The position numbers and the translations under genes are program-made. 49,279 nt of DNA from positions 1 through 49,279 of the forward strand of contig JALVVU010000066.1 in assembly GCA_027023255.1 (NCBI GenBank), written 5' to 3'. This DNA comes from Desulfurococcales archaeon (GTDB lineage Archaea > Thermoproteota > Thermoprotei_A > Sulfolobales > NBVN01). Below, in pieces: positions 25,359-34,798 of the stretch; position 1 is the first letter of the stretch; every line of letters begins with the position of its first letter. The notes under the pieces are model-generated. The model worked only from the letters and a program-made list of their open reading frames with translations. It had not been told where the DNA came from and did not search any database.

Positions 25359-27194
25359 TTACTTAACGGATAGGCGCCCCATGTCGAAGTGACCTAGTAG
25401 AGGCTCGCTCGTTCTGAATAGGGCGTAGCCAGAGCGAACCACGGATGTCCTTATTAGCGCCACCCTATCGGGTGCGAGCTCCATTAACCTCAGGTACTCT
25501 CTCGGGACGTCCAGCATCTCAAGGAATTCCCGTTCACTTCTGAGTATCACTTTCGTGTTCGTTAACTGGATCACTATCTTATGAACGTCCTTGGGGGAGT
25601 GCGTGGAGAATATTAAGCCAAGCCCCCTTGACCTACCTAACCTCGCTATCCTTGCTATGAAGTCAGCCAGCATCTCCACCTCTTCCCTACTCGTTCCTTC
25701 CGATGGGAAGAACCTGTGGGCCTCATCAAGTATCATGAGTATCGGGGTGGTGGCACCAGCAGATTTCTTCCACGCGTAGACCTCCCTAAGTATCTCGTAC
25801 GCTATCAGGTTGAGGACTAGGAAGTGCGCGCCTCTAAGTGCGGCATAGTCCAAGTCTATTATTACCGGCCCCCTATAGTTCTCCATGATTCGTCCAGCAG
25901 GCGGTATGCCTATTACGTTCCCCTCAATCCTCACGTCGACTTCGTCTGCACTGGCTATGAAGTTTAGCGTCCTCTCGATGTTCTCAAGAGTTCTGCGGTG
26001 CAACTTCATCACTTTCAGAATCTCCTCGAATTTCTCCTGAAGGGATCTGTATAGGTACGTGAAGTTAGTTATGCTACCGACCTTATGCTCCAAGTACCCA
26101 ATCACATTCCTCAGGTATACCTTAGCCTGTCGTGAAAAGAGGGGAAGTATTTCTAGGTGGTCGCGAAGCTGCGTGTATGTTAGGGACGTCGGGACCACTT
26201 CAACCGTGAATTCATAGCCATTCAAGTTACAGTGGACAAGGATGGACCTTACGGTCTCGAAGTCCCGAGCAGGTGCCTCAACACTAATCATTGGGTCCTT
26301 ACCATAGAATGCCTTAGCTACCTTACCTATGCGCTCCATTACATACTTCAGCGCCAGCTGCTTGAGCTTCCTGTCCTCCCTGCGCACCGGCAGTAGGACT
26401 GTTATCCATGAGGGATAATTACTCCTGAATTCCTCAGCACTCCTGTAGATCGCAGGGGCAGCGTCAGAGGGTAGCGAGGGCGGGGGTAGCACTATCTGTG
26501 CGTAGTCGCCGGCAGCGTCAACCACCAATACCTTAGCTTCCTTCCAGTCCCTTCCAACAACATATAGTAGGTTCTTTATTAGGGTGGTTTTGCCGGAGCC
26601 CGTAGTCCCTATCACGAGCATGTGCTTGAAGAATTCCTGCCTAGGTAACTTCATGGGTACTGCCCCGCCCGCTACTGGTGCTGAGCCTGTGTGGAGATAG
26701 CCGAGCGTTATCCCTTCCTTGGGTATGCCCGCAACGGATAGCAGTATCTCTGGGTTATCGGGTACGACGACCGGTGACTGCGGCTCCAACGGTGTTGAGA
26801 CTGGGGCACCATCTTCATTCAGGAGCGGCGTGACCTCGATTAGGGCATTAGTGAGTAGCCCCTCCTCATCCTCCCCCAACCCTATGGGGGCTAAGGACTC
26901 CAGCGTCGAGGCTATATCAGCCCGCAGAACCCCAATTATCCTGAGACCAACGGCCTTCAGCGTCCTGAGGTCCACAGCAACTAAGTAGTTCCCAACCCCC
27001 AGCATTTCCCCGTACTCGTAGTACGTTGCCGGGTCTATTTCGACGACCGTGGCTGTTAAGTCTCCTGTTAGTTTCGACGGGTTCTTTCTACTAACTACAC
27101 CAACGATCCTGCCGATGTCTTCTGCCTTTTTCTTCGCCTCAGTTATTCTTGACGCTATTAACTCGCGTATCGTGCTTAATGGGTCGTTACTCAA
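25359..27194 (-). CDS. herA: HerA-like (FtsK/HerA superfamily, DUF87) ATPase
   Basis: Walker A GTTGSGKT (nt 26586-26609), Walker B ILMILDEAH and an N-terminal beta-barrel-like region. The TTG start is preceded by GGAGGTG (27201-27207) and overlaps nurA by 8 nt. Confidence 0.8.
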   Translation of the reverse strand: MSNDPLSTIRELIASRITEAKKKAEDIGRIVGVVSRKNPSKLTGDLTATVVEIDPATYYEYGEMLGVGNYLVAVDLRTLKAVGLRIIGVLRADIASTLESLAPIGLGEDEEGLLTNALIEVTPLLNEDGAPVSTPLEPQSPVVVPDNPEILLSVAGIPKEGITLGYLHTGSAPVAGGAVPMKLPRQEFFKHMLVIGTTGSGKTTLIKNLLYVVGRDWKEAKVLVVDAAGDYAQIVLPPPSLPSDAAPAIYRSAEEFRSNYPSWITVLLPVRREDRKLKQLALKYVMERIGKVAKAFYGKDPMISVEAPARDFETVRSILVHCNLNGYEFTVEVVPTSLTYTQLRDHLEILPLFSRQAKVYLRNVIGYLEHKVGSITNFTYLYRSLQEKFEEILKVMKLHRRTLENIERTLNFIASADEVDVRIEGNVIGIPPAGRIMENYRGPVIIDLDYAALRGAHFLVLNLIAYEILREVYAWKKSAGATTPILMILDEAHRFFPSEGTSREEVEMLADFIARIARLGRSRGLGLIFSTHSPKDVHKIVIQLTNTKVILRSEREFLEMLDVPREYLRLMELAPDRVALIRTSVVRSGYALFRTSEPLLGHFDMGRLSVK

Positions 27195-28266
27195 CAGTCA
27201 CACCTCCGTAGAGGAGTGGAACACCCTTCAGCCTGAGCATGGCTTCAAGCATGGACGCGTTCTTAGTCACGACCTCCTTGGAGAGCGCGTCAGCAACATG
27301 TAGTCTGTGTGGGACGTACGTCCCGTAGGAGGACGCTGAATACGATATCGCGGCTACTAACTCAAGGAACCTCCCCTCGCCCAGTAATTCCTGAACCGCT
27401 TTTAGCACCTCGATTCTGAATATCGTGTATAGCCTGACCGGCATAGCTACGGGCGTCAACACGTAAGCCATGACCCTAGGTGGTGTGTTGGTAGAACCGC
27501 TGACTTCCCAGGGTCCTATCACGAGTGGCTTGTCGGGAACGCCGCTCAATCCTAAGGCATTCATGATCATCTTCACGTCAGTCAGAAGTTCACTCAGCCC
27601 CAGCGCCCTAATTAAGTGCTTCGATCTCCACACACGCTTAACCACGCATACCGGAATTATGCCTTCCTCAATGAGGTTACCCATCATGGTGACCCTGTCC
27701 TCGTTCAGCCCGCCTAGCTCGGCGTTCCACACACTACCCTCCACGGGATGCGTGTAAGGATAGGTTACGGGTCCGTCTATGAGTAGTACTGTGCCACTAC
27801 CTAACCTCTCTTTAGCTACGCTCAGTAAGTATGTCTCCATATGTATTCGAAGATCGTGAGATAAGGCGCCCTCAGGCAGGTCCGGATCATTAACGTACTT
27901 GAGGCCAACCTTCACGTAGCGGTTGGAAACAAGGCTCAGGTCCTCCTCAATGGGGGCACCGAGGAAGGGAGGACCGTTAACCCTAGCAACAATACCTGTT
28001 CCGGGGTAGAGGTAAGCGCTTCTCACATCACACAGTGCCCCAGCAACGACGCTTACCTCACCGGCCGGCACGTGAAGCGTTGCGGCGGCAGCATCGAGAG
28101 CGGCAAAGACGTAACGCTTGCTCGGTTTCTTAAGGCTCTCACGCCTTAATTCCTCTGGTATCGTGTAGCGTGTTTCGTCCTCTAGGAGCTTATACCTCGG
28201 TCTAAACCTCGCTGGCCTAGCTAGCTCCGCTACCAGCCTGCTTATCGAGTCCTTCATAATCCTCAC
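27187..28266 (-). CDS. nurA: NurA-like 5'-3' nuclease
   Basis: FAALDAAA, LLIDGPV, CVVKRVWRSK and VPHRLHVADALSK resemble the NurA conserved blocks, and the gene is coupled to herA. GTG 28266 and ATG 28257 are both possible starts. Confidence 0.65.
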   Translation of the reverse strand: MRIMKDSISRLVAELARPARFRPRYKLLEDETRYTIPEELRRESLKKPSKRYVFAALDAAAATLHVPAGEVSVVAGALCDVRSAYLYPGTGIVARVNGPPFLGAPIEEDLSLVSNRYVKVGLKYVNDPDLPEGALSHDLRIHMETYLLSVAKERLGSGTVLLIDGPVTYPYTHPVEGSVWNAELGGLNEDRVTMMGNLIEEGIIPVCVVKRVWRSKHLIRALGLSELLTDVKMIMNALGLSGVPDKPLVIGPWEVSGSTNTPPRVMAYVLTPVAMPVRLYTIFRIEVLKAVQELLGEGRFLELVAAISYSASSYGTYVPHRLHVADALSKEVVTKNASMLEAMLRLKGVPLLYGGVTVE

Positions 28267-28434
28267 TACTCCCTAATATGTTTACGAAGCTTAATTAGGT
28301 AATTAACGAGGTCTTCACGCCCTTCATAACATTAATGACTTCCAAGCCTCAATAACTACATCGCTGAATACCGCGGATTAATTAAGCAATTCTTAATAGC
28401 GCTATAGAACGTCTTAACACTAAGTGATGAGGCT

Positions 28435-29262
28435 ATGCAGAAAGAAGATCACTTCAAGATACTCTTAGTGAACGACGACGGATTCGTTACGAGGGCACTC
28501 CCCCTTACCTACGAGATACTTAAGGAATTCGGTGATGTACTGGCTGTCGTGCCTGAGACGCCAAAGTCTGGTGGGGGGCACTCACTAACGCTCCACAAGC
28601 CGCTATTCCTGCGGGAACTCGGCATATATGGGTTAAGGGTATTCGCTATCAATGGCACACCCGTTGACGCCTTCCATGCGGCTAAGGACATACTGGGGTT
28701 TAACCCTGACCTCGTCGTTTCGGGAATAAACATAGGTGAGAATACGTCATCGCAGAACATACTTTACTCTGGCACGGTGGAGGCCGCGATCGAGGCTGGG
28801 CTCTTTGGTTACCCCTCAATAGCTCTTTCCGCTGATGTCCTAACCGATGATGAGTTCGAGAACCCTAAGTACTCATTCATGGTTAGGAAGGTTGTTGAAG
28901 CCTTGATAGAGTATATTAAGGATAATGGCTGGTTTGATGGCGTGGATACGCTTTCAGTGAACCTACCCCGCACACCGACACCTAAGGGCGTGGTTATGCC
29001 GAAAACACAGAGGATAAGATTCATTCAGAGATTCGAGAGGAGAATAGATCCTAGGGGTAGGGAGTACTACTGGCTTGTTGGGGAACGTGTGGTTGAGGAG
29101 GGTACTGACTCATACTACTTAAGCAACGGGTACGTGACCATCACTCCCTTAGTTGCTGACTTGACTCACCCGGCAATCAGCGGTTGCAAGGAGTTAACGG
29201 AGAAGATTAATGACTTGCTAAGATATATAGAGAAGGCGTTAGAGAGTATTAGAGCGGTTTAG
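28435..29262 (+). CDS. surE: 5'/3'-nucleotidase SurE
   Basis: ILLVNDDG..., GINIGEN and YSGTVEAA are SurE signatures. Confidence 0.92.
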   Translation: MQKEDHFKILLVNDDGFVTRALPLTYEILKEFGDVLAVVPETPKSGGGHSLTLHKPLFLRELGIYGLRVFAINGTPVDAFHAAKDILGFNPDLVVSGINIGENTSSQNILYSGTVEAAIEAGLFGYPSIALSADVLTDDEFENPKYSFMVRKVVEALIEYIKDNGWFDGVDTLSVNLPRTPTPKGVVMPKTQRIRFIQRFERRIDPRGREYYWLVGERVVEEGTDSYYLSNGYVTITPLVADLTHPAISGCKELTEKINDLLRYIEKALESIRAV

Positions 29263-29275
29263 GGTGCTTTGAGGA

Positions 29276-30559
29276 TTGCCTCGACGGAAGCTCAAGGGCT
29301 TCACAAGCTTTGAGTCTGTGGAGAGTGCCTTACGTAAGTTCTTAAAAGCCGTGACTATTGAACCAGGCGTCGAGACCCTAGATATTGTTGATGCTGTGGG
29401 TAGGGTCGCTTCTCACCAGGTTAAGGCACTACGCGATTACCCACCTTTTGATAGGGCAGCGATGGATGGCTTCGCCGTCAGGTCGGAGGATGTCATTAGC
29501 GCTAGTGAGAGGGAGCCCGTCGAGTTAAGGGTTGTTGGGAAGGTAGAGGCTGGGAGTAAGGAGCACGTTAGGATAGGGGAGGGGGAGGCAGTCATGATAT
29601 TCACCGGCGGCAGGATGCCGGAGGGTGCTGATGCTGTCGTGCCTTTCGAGTACAGCACGTTACTTGGGGATCACGTCTTAGTGCTCAAGCCGGTGCCTAA
29701 GTACGGTAATGTCAGCCGTGCTGGGGAGGACTTTCACGCAGGCGACGTTATCCTAGAGCGAGGTACCGTGATACGCCCGTGGCACATTACGGCACTCGCT
29801 GAATCAGGTGTCACGAAGGTGAAGGTTTTCAAACCCCTGCGAATAGCTATCGTAAACACTGGTGATGAGCTCAGGGACTATAGGCAAGTATGGAGTAAGG
29901 ATGAGGTAGTGAATTCCTCAGGTCCGTTGATAGAGAGTTACGCTAAGGAGATAGGGTGCGTGGTCGCCTGGTCACGCATAGTTAGGGATGACGTTAACGA
30001 GGTCAGAGCGGCTATTGAGGAAGGATTAAGGGACGCAGACATCGTGATCACGACCGGGGGCTCATCCATTGGCGGGAAAGACTTAGTGCCTGAGGCGGTT
30101 GAAGACATACCTGGCTCGGAACTCGTTTTTCACGGCGTTAACCTGCGTCCTGGGCGGACTGCTGGTGCGTACGTAGTTAACGGCAAGCCTATCCTTATGC
30201 TCTCGGGGCTTCCGGTGGCGTGCTTCATAGGGTTAGAGGTTTTCCTCAAGCCTCTTGTGCGTAAGCTCTACGGTGTTAGGGAAGTGCCTGAACCTACTGT
30301 ACGGGCGCGACTCACTAGGAAGGTAGCTAACGTTGTTGGCTTTCGTTCCTATTACCGCGTCGTCCTTTACAGGGAGGGTAGCGTGATTTACGCTGAGCCG
30401 CTGAGGCTAACTGGCTCAGGCATTATATCCACACTGATTAGGGGAAACGGCATACTGGAGATTGAGGAGAATGTGGAGGGATATGAGGAGGGTAGTGAGG
30501 TTATTGTTAAGGTGATAGCCCCTATATACGAGGGTAAGCCGCACTTCATTAATTGGTGA
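29276..30559 (+). CDS. moeA: Molybdopterin molybdenumtransferase MoeA
   Basis: PPFDRAAMDGFAV, ITTGGSSIG and LSGLPVA follow the MoeA pattern; 427 aa. Confidence 0.9.
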   Translation: MPRRKLKGFTSFESVESALRKFLKAVTIEPGVETLDIVDAVGRVASHQVKALRDYPPFDRAAMDGFAVRSEDVISASEREPVELRVVGKVEAGSKEHVRIGEGEAVMIFTGGRMPEGADAVVPFEYSTLLGDHVLVLKPVPKYGNVSRAGEDFHAGDVILERGTVIRPWHITALAESGVTKVKVFKPLRIAIVNTGDELRDYRQVWSKDEVVNSSGPLIESYAKEIGCVVAWSRIVRDDVNEVRAAIEEGLRDADIVITTGGSSIGGKDLVPEAVEDIPGSELVFHGVNLRPGRTAGAYVVNGKPILMLSGLPVACFIGLEVFLKPLVRKLYGVREVPEPTVRARLTRKVANVVGFRSYYRVVLYREGSVIYAEPLRLTGSGIISTLIRGNGILEIEENVEGYEEGSEVIVKVIAPIYEGKPHFINW

Positions 30560-30576
30560 TTCCGTTAATCCGGGAA

Positions 30577-31161
30577 TCACGGGAGGTTCTCGAGGAGTCT
30601 CCTAAGCGTTGCCTTCAAGTGCTTCGGGACTGTTGATACGGGGTCGTTTTTCGAGTCTATTAGAAGTACGTTTACCCCTTCACTTCCCCCTGCCTCCAGA
30701 TCCCACATGGTGTCGCCGAGGAAGTACGTTTGGCTTGGTTCAGCACCCAGTATCCTCATCACGGTTCTGAGTTGCGTTTTTCTATCGTAACTATCCTCGC
30801 GAGTCACTAGAACATCTACTAAGTCACTAATCCCTAGCGACTCCAGAACCTTAACGGCTGTTTCACGACCTCTCAGCGTAACTACCGCTATCCTAACTCC
30901 CCTGCTCTTGAATTGTGAGAGAAGATCTCGGAGCTCGGGGTCCTGCCTTACTCTCTCTGCGCTTCGCCGCTCTATACCGACTATTTCATCCTCAACGCTC
31001 TTGGCTAGCCTAGGATTATGCACCGCTACCCTAGCTAGGATCTCGGCAACAGGCTTATGGGGAACGTTGATTCCTAGCTCGGAAAGCCTCCTCCTAACAT
31101 ACGCCCAGTCGATGTCCGGCTTTACTAGCGTACCGTCAATGTCCAGTACTAGCGTATGCAT
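30577..31161 (-). CDS. HAD-superfamily hydrolase
   Basis: LVLDIDGTLV (motif I), VTLRG and GDTMWDLE. Confidence 0.75.
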   Translation of the reverse strand: MHTLVLDIDGTLVKPDIDWAYVRRRLSELGINVPHKPVAEILARVAVHNPRLAKSVEDEIVGIERRSAERVRQDPELRDLLSQFKSRGVRIAVVTLRGRETAVKVLESLGISDLVDVLVTREDSYDRKTQLRTVMRILGAEPSQTYFLGDTMWDLEAGGSEGVNVLLIDSKNDPVSTVPKHLKATLRRLLENLP

Positions 31162-31300
31162 GACGCATCACTCTGGGTGACCTGCTCGGCATTTACTCCG
31201 CTCGTAGCTAAAGAGTTTTAACCTAATGGGGATAGTGGAGTGGGTTAAGTATTAATTACCTCCACCTTTACCTTTGTAGTGAAGTTTTAGGTGCATCACG

Positions 31301-32323
31301 ATGTCTCAGGGTGCAGGAATACCCTACAGTACCAAGCCTCCTCCACCGCCCTCACCGCTAGGGGAAGCGGAAGTATTTAAGTGCCCTAATTGTGGGGCAC
31401 CAATTGAGGTCACGCCTGACTCGCTGGTTGTTAAGTGCAGGTACTGTGGATATATCGAGTATCGTGATCCGGGTTACGACGTGTTTGTCTTCCCTTCCCT
31501 CAGTAGGGAGGAGATAACGCGTAGGTTCTGGGGTAGGATGAGAACAGACAGTGACATGGGCAAGTACATCAACAAGATAAGCATAGATTCCATAACGAAT
31601 ATATTTGTACCCTTCTACGTTGTCGACTACGACGCGCAGTACTTCTTCATAGGTGAGAGGAAGGAGACTAGGACAAGGACAGTGAACGTTAGTGGGAGGG
31701 TCGTAACACAGACAGAGGTCAGGGTAGTTAAGGTGAGGGACTCCGGAAGCGTTAGCGGGGTCGATGCGATCCTAGGTAGAAGACATATCGAGGAGTTAGG
31801 CGTTAAGGAACTTTCAACGCAGGTCAAACAACTCGATACTTCAGCCACCGTCCACGCATCTAAGTACAAGTGGGGAAAGGAAGTGCACGCGGTAATGGGC
31901 TTCGATATCGAGCCTAAGGAAGTAAACGCAATAGCTAGGGACGTCATAGCTGAGAGGTTGAAGGTCTGGGTTAAGCGTAAGTACAGGCTCGACAGGCTTA
32001 ACGTTTACCTATGCAGAGTGAACGTCAAGGACTTCAAAGCCGTCTTAGTCCCAATGTACATTATCACATATAAATTCAGGAACGCCATTTACTCCATAGC
32101 GTTCTCAGGTGTTGATGGAAGGCAATTAGTGGCTATAGAGCCTGTGCTAACTAAGCACCTAGTGATGTACTTAGGGGGTGCGGCAGCAGCGACCTTCGTT
32201 GCGAGTTTAGCGTTGCCTTTCGCGTTCCGGTGGGGTCACCTGGTATTTCTGAGCGTCGCTCTCATAATAGGTGCTGGGTACCTAGTAAGTAGGGCGCTGG
32301 GGGGCGTTAGGTTTGAGCGGTGA
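31301..32323 (+). CDS. Zinc-ribbon protein with C-terminal membrane anchor (paralog 1)
   Basis: CPNC...CRYC (nt 31382-31447), a Pro-rich N-terminus, a globular middle ending LVPMYIITYKF...GVDGRQLVA, and two C-terminal hydrophobic helices. Confidence 0.7.
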   Translation: MSQGAGIPYSTKPPPPPSPLGEAEVFKCPNCGAPIEVTPDSLVVKCRYCGYIEYRDPGYDVFVFPSLSREEITRRFWGRMRTDSDMGKYINKISIDSITNIFVPFYVVDYDAQYFFIGERKETRTRTVNVSGRVVTQTEVRVVKVRDSGSVSGVDAILGRRHIEELGVKELSTQVKQLDTSATVHASKYKWGKEVHAVMGFDIEPKEVNAIARDVIAERLKVWVKRKYRLDRLNVYLCRVNVKDFKAVLVPMYIITYKFRNAIYSIAFSGVDGRQLVAIEPVLTKHLVMYLGGAAAATFVASLALPFAFRWGHLVFLSVALIIGAGYLVSRALGGVRFER

Positions 32324-32327
32324 GGCA

Positions 32328-33323
32328 ATGCTTAAGTGCCCGTACTGTGGTTCGAAGTTCAGAGTCCCACACGCTGTGAGCGTAGCGACATGCCCATACT
32401 GTGGTTACACGTTCAAGGTCAGTACGGGTGAAGCCATTACTGAGCACTACTACTTTAAAGTGGTCTTTAGTTCAAGTAGTGCCTTCGATAGGTTACTGAG
32501 ATTCATTCTCAGGAACTACGGAGCGCCCTCCGACTTCCATACAGCGGCCGAACTACGTAAGGCGTCACTACATTACGTCCCGATACATGCCGTTCACGCT
32601 GAAGCCACTGGTGAATGCATATATACTGAAGGAATGTGGTTCTGGAGTAAGTCCTACGAAGGCGACTTCTATGAGGTAGGGGACTACTTCATCCTTGCTA
32701 ATAGGGAGCCTTGGTTCTCACACATAGTTGAGAACTACAGGTTCAGTTTGAGAGGAAGGGAGTACTTCAAGCCTAAGATGCTTAGAATGGGTAGGTACTA
32801 CAACATAGCGGTGTCGAAGGAGGACGCTATTAGGGTAGCGTCAGATGCCGTGGTGCAGGACCTAATGAAGGACCTCAACACAGGGTGTAGCGGCAATAAG
32901 ATCGTTAAGGACGTTAAGACAGAGTACTTAGGTGTGACGCACTATCCGATTTGGGAATTCACTTACAGGTACGGTAACGTAGAGATGAAGGCCTTAGTGG
33001 ACGCCAGCTCGGGTAGGGTCATCTACGCGGAATATCCTCAGACGCTGAAGGCTAGGGAGGAGGCAGGATTAGTTGCTGGCACTCTCATAGGCATTGGTGC
33101 CGTGGGCGGCGGGATAGGTGGCTTAGTTGCCGCGGGCGGGCTTATGGCGGCGGTGATGGCTGGGGCTGGGGCTGTTGTTGGCCTTATAGCGGCTCTACCA
33201 GCGATTAAGAGGGCTTTCGAGAAGGTTGTGAAGACCTCTGAGAGGGTAGAGGATTGGAACCTACTGCTTAAGGCAGGCAAGCTACTTGAAGAGGAAAGCA
33301 TTTTCAGTATAACCCTAGGTTAA
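32328..33323 (+). CDS. Zinc-ribbon protein with C-terminal Gly/Ala-rich membrane anchor (paralog 2)
   Basis: CPYC...CPYC (nt 32337-32402), then HYPIWEFTYRY...DASSGRVIYA and G/A-rich TM segments. ATG 32328 is preceded by GGTGAGG; the TTG 32313 in the track would overlap paralog 1 by 11 nt. Confidence 0.7.
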   Translation: MLKCPYCGSKFRVPHAVSVATCPYCGYTFKVSTGEAITEHYYFKVVFSSSSAFDRLLRFILRNYGAPSDFHTAAELRKASLHYVPIHAVHAEATGECIYTEGMWFWSKSYEGDFYEVGDYFILANREPWFSHIVENYRFSLRGREYFKPKMLRMGRYYNIAVSKEDAIRVASDAVVQDLMKDLNTGCSGNKIVKDVKTEYLGVTHYPIWEFTYRYGNVEMKALVDASSGRVIYAEYPQTLKAREEAGLVAGTLIGIGAVGGGIGGLVAAGGLMAAVMAGAGAVVGLIAALPAIKRAFEKVVKTSERVEDWNLLLKAGKLLEEESIFSITLG

Positions 33324-33388
33324 GTAGTTGACGGCAGGTGAATGTAACGCATTTTTACGTTACCCTCCCTAAATGAAAGGGGATACTC

Positions 33389-34798
33389 ATGAGTTTACCT
33401 ACGAAGGAAGTATTCAGCAAGTTCTTTTCCCCGAAATCCATAGCCGTCATAGGTGCCTCGATAAAGAGGGGAACCGTTGGACGGGCAATCATGGAGAACC
33501 TTAAGGAAAGGTTCAAGGGCCGCATATACCCTGTAAACGTGAAGTACGATGAGGTTCTAGGGTTTAAGTGTTATAAGTCCATCCTGGAGATACCTGAAAC
33601 GCCTGACTTAGTGGTTGTAGCGGTACCTGCCCGTGTTGTTCCATCAGTTCTTGACGAGTGCGGTAAGAAGGGCGTTAGGGCGGCCATAGTGATCAGCGCG
33701 GGCTTCAAGGAGGTTGGAGAGGAAGGAGCTAAGAGGGAGGAGGAGCTAGTTAAGGTCGCCAGGAAGTGGGGCATGAGGGTAATAGGGCCTAACTGCCTCG
33801 GCGTTTACGATGCCCACTCAGGCCTCGACACGATCTTCAACCCCAACGACAGGCAGGCTAAGCCGGGACCAGGTAGCGTCGCCCTGATCTCACAGTCCGG
33901 GGCTCTCGGAGCAGCGATCCTCGACTGGCTTGCGGAGGCAGGCGTTGGGATGAGTAAGTTCGTGAGCTACGGGAACGCCGCGGACGTGCAGGAATGGGAA
34001 CTCATAGAGTACCTAGCAGAGGACCCCGCAACTAAGGTAATCATGGCCTACATAGAGGGAGTGTCGGACGGCAGGAAATTCCTTAACGCATTAAGGAAAG
34101 CCACAGAGAGAGGGAAGCCTGTCATAGTGCTTAAGGCTGGCAAGTCCGAGAAAGGCATGAAGGCCGTCGCCTCACACACGGGTTCACTAGCAGGTCAATA
34201 CGCTGTATATGAAGCCGCGATAAAACAGTTCGGCGGGCTGTTAGTTAATGAGTTGAATGAATTGGTAGTGGCTGCCAAGACACTCTCATGGCTACCGGCC
34301 CCATCCGGTGACAGGATAGCTATAGTGACTAACGGTGGTGGTGCGGGAGTCCTAGCCACGGATGCCGTAGAACTACTTGGTTTACGGATGGCTGAACTTT
34401 CGGAGCAAACTAAGGCCAAGTTGAGGGAGGGCCTACCACCTGCAGCCGCTGTGAACAACCCGGTAGACGTCCTAGGTGATGCGCCGCCAGAGAGGTATAA
34501 GGTTGCGTTAGAGGCTGTATTGAGGGACGAGAACGTGGATGCCGTGCTCCTCATAAGCATAATGCAGTCACCGGCATACGACCCGGGAGGGGTTCTGGAG
34601 GCCACTAAGGAACTAGTTGGTAAGTACGGTAAGCCCGTAGTAATGGCTGCACCCGGAGGTAAGTACACGCTAGATAAGCTGCGGATGTTCGAGCATGAGG
34701 CGAGGATACCGTCATTCCGGACACCGGAGGAGGCTGCCAGAGCTCTCTCCTACATGGTTGCCTGGGCCCGTGTACGTCAGAGGATGAAGAAGGAATGA
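33389..34798 (+). CDS. acdA: ADP-forming acyl/acetyl-CoA synthetase, alpha subunit (second paralog)
   Basis: IAVIGASIKRGTVG and SHTGSLAG; collinear with the 20133-21521 product. Confidence 0.88.
   Translation: MSLPTKEVFSKFFSPKSIAVIGASIKRGTVGRAIMENLKERFKGRIYPVNVKYDEVLGFKCYKSILEIPETPDLVVVAVPARVVPSVLDECGKKGVRAAIVISAGFKEVGEEGAKREEELVKVARKWGMRVIGPNCLGVYDAHSGLDTIFNPNDRQAKPGPGSVALISQSGALGAAILDWLAEAGVGMSKFVSYGNAADVQEWELIEYLAEDPATKVIMAYIEGVSDGRKFLNALRKATERGKPVIVLKAGKSEKGMKAVASHTGSLAGQYAVYEAAIKQFGGLLVNELNELVVAAKTLSWLPAPSGDRIAIVTNGGGAGVLATDAVELLGLRMAELSEQTKAKLREGLPPAAAVNNPVDVLGDAPPERYKVALEAVLRDENVDAVLLISIMQSPAYDPGGVLEATKELVGKYGKPVVMAAPGGKYTLDKLRMFEHEARIPSFRTPEEAARALSYMVAWARVRQRMKKE

Noticed and set aside
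28424-28430. GTGATGA C-box-like heptamer just upstream of surE; a second lies at 39712-39718 at the hel308 start
   Set aside because: No CUGA D/D' box follows at about 12 nt spacing, and no C'/D pair is present. Both sit at or over start-codon regions, where they more plausibly belong to the RBS or N-terminal coding sequence.
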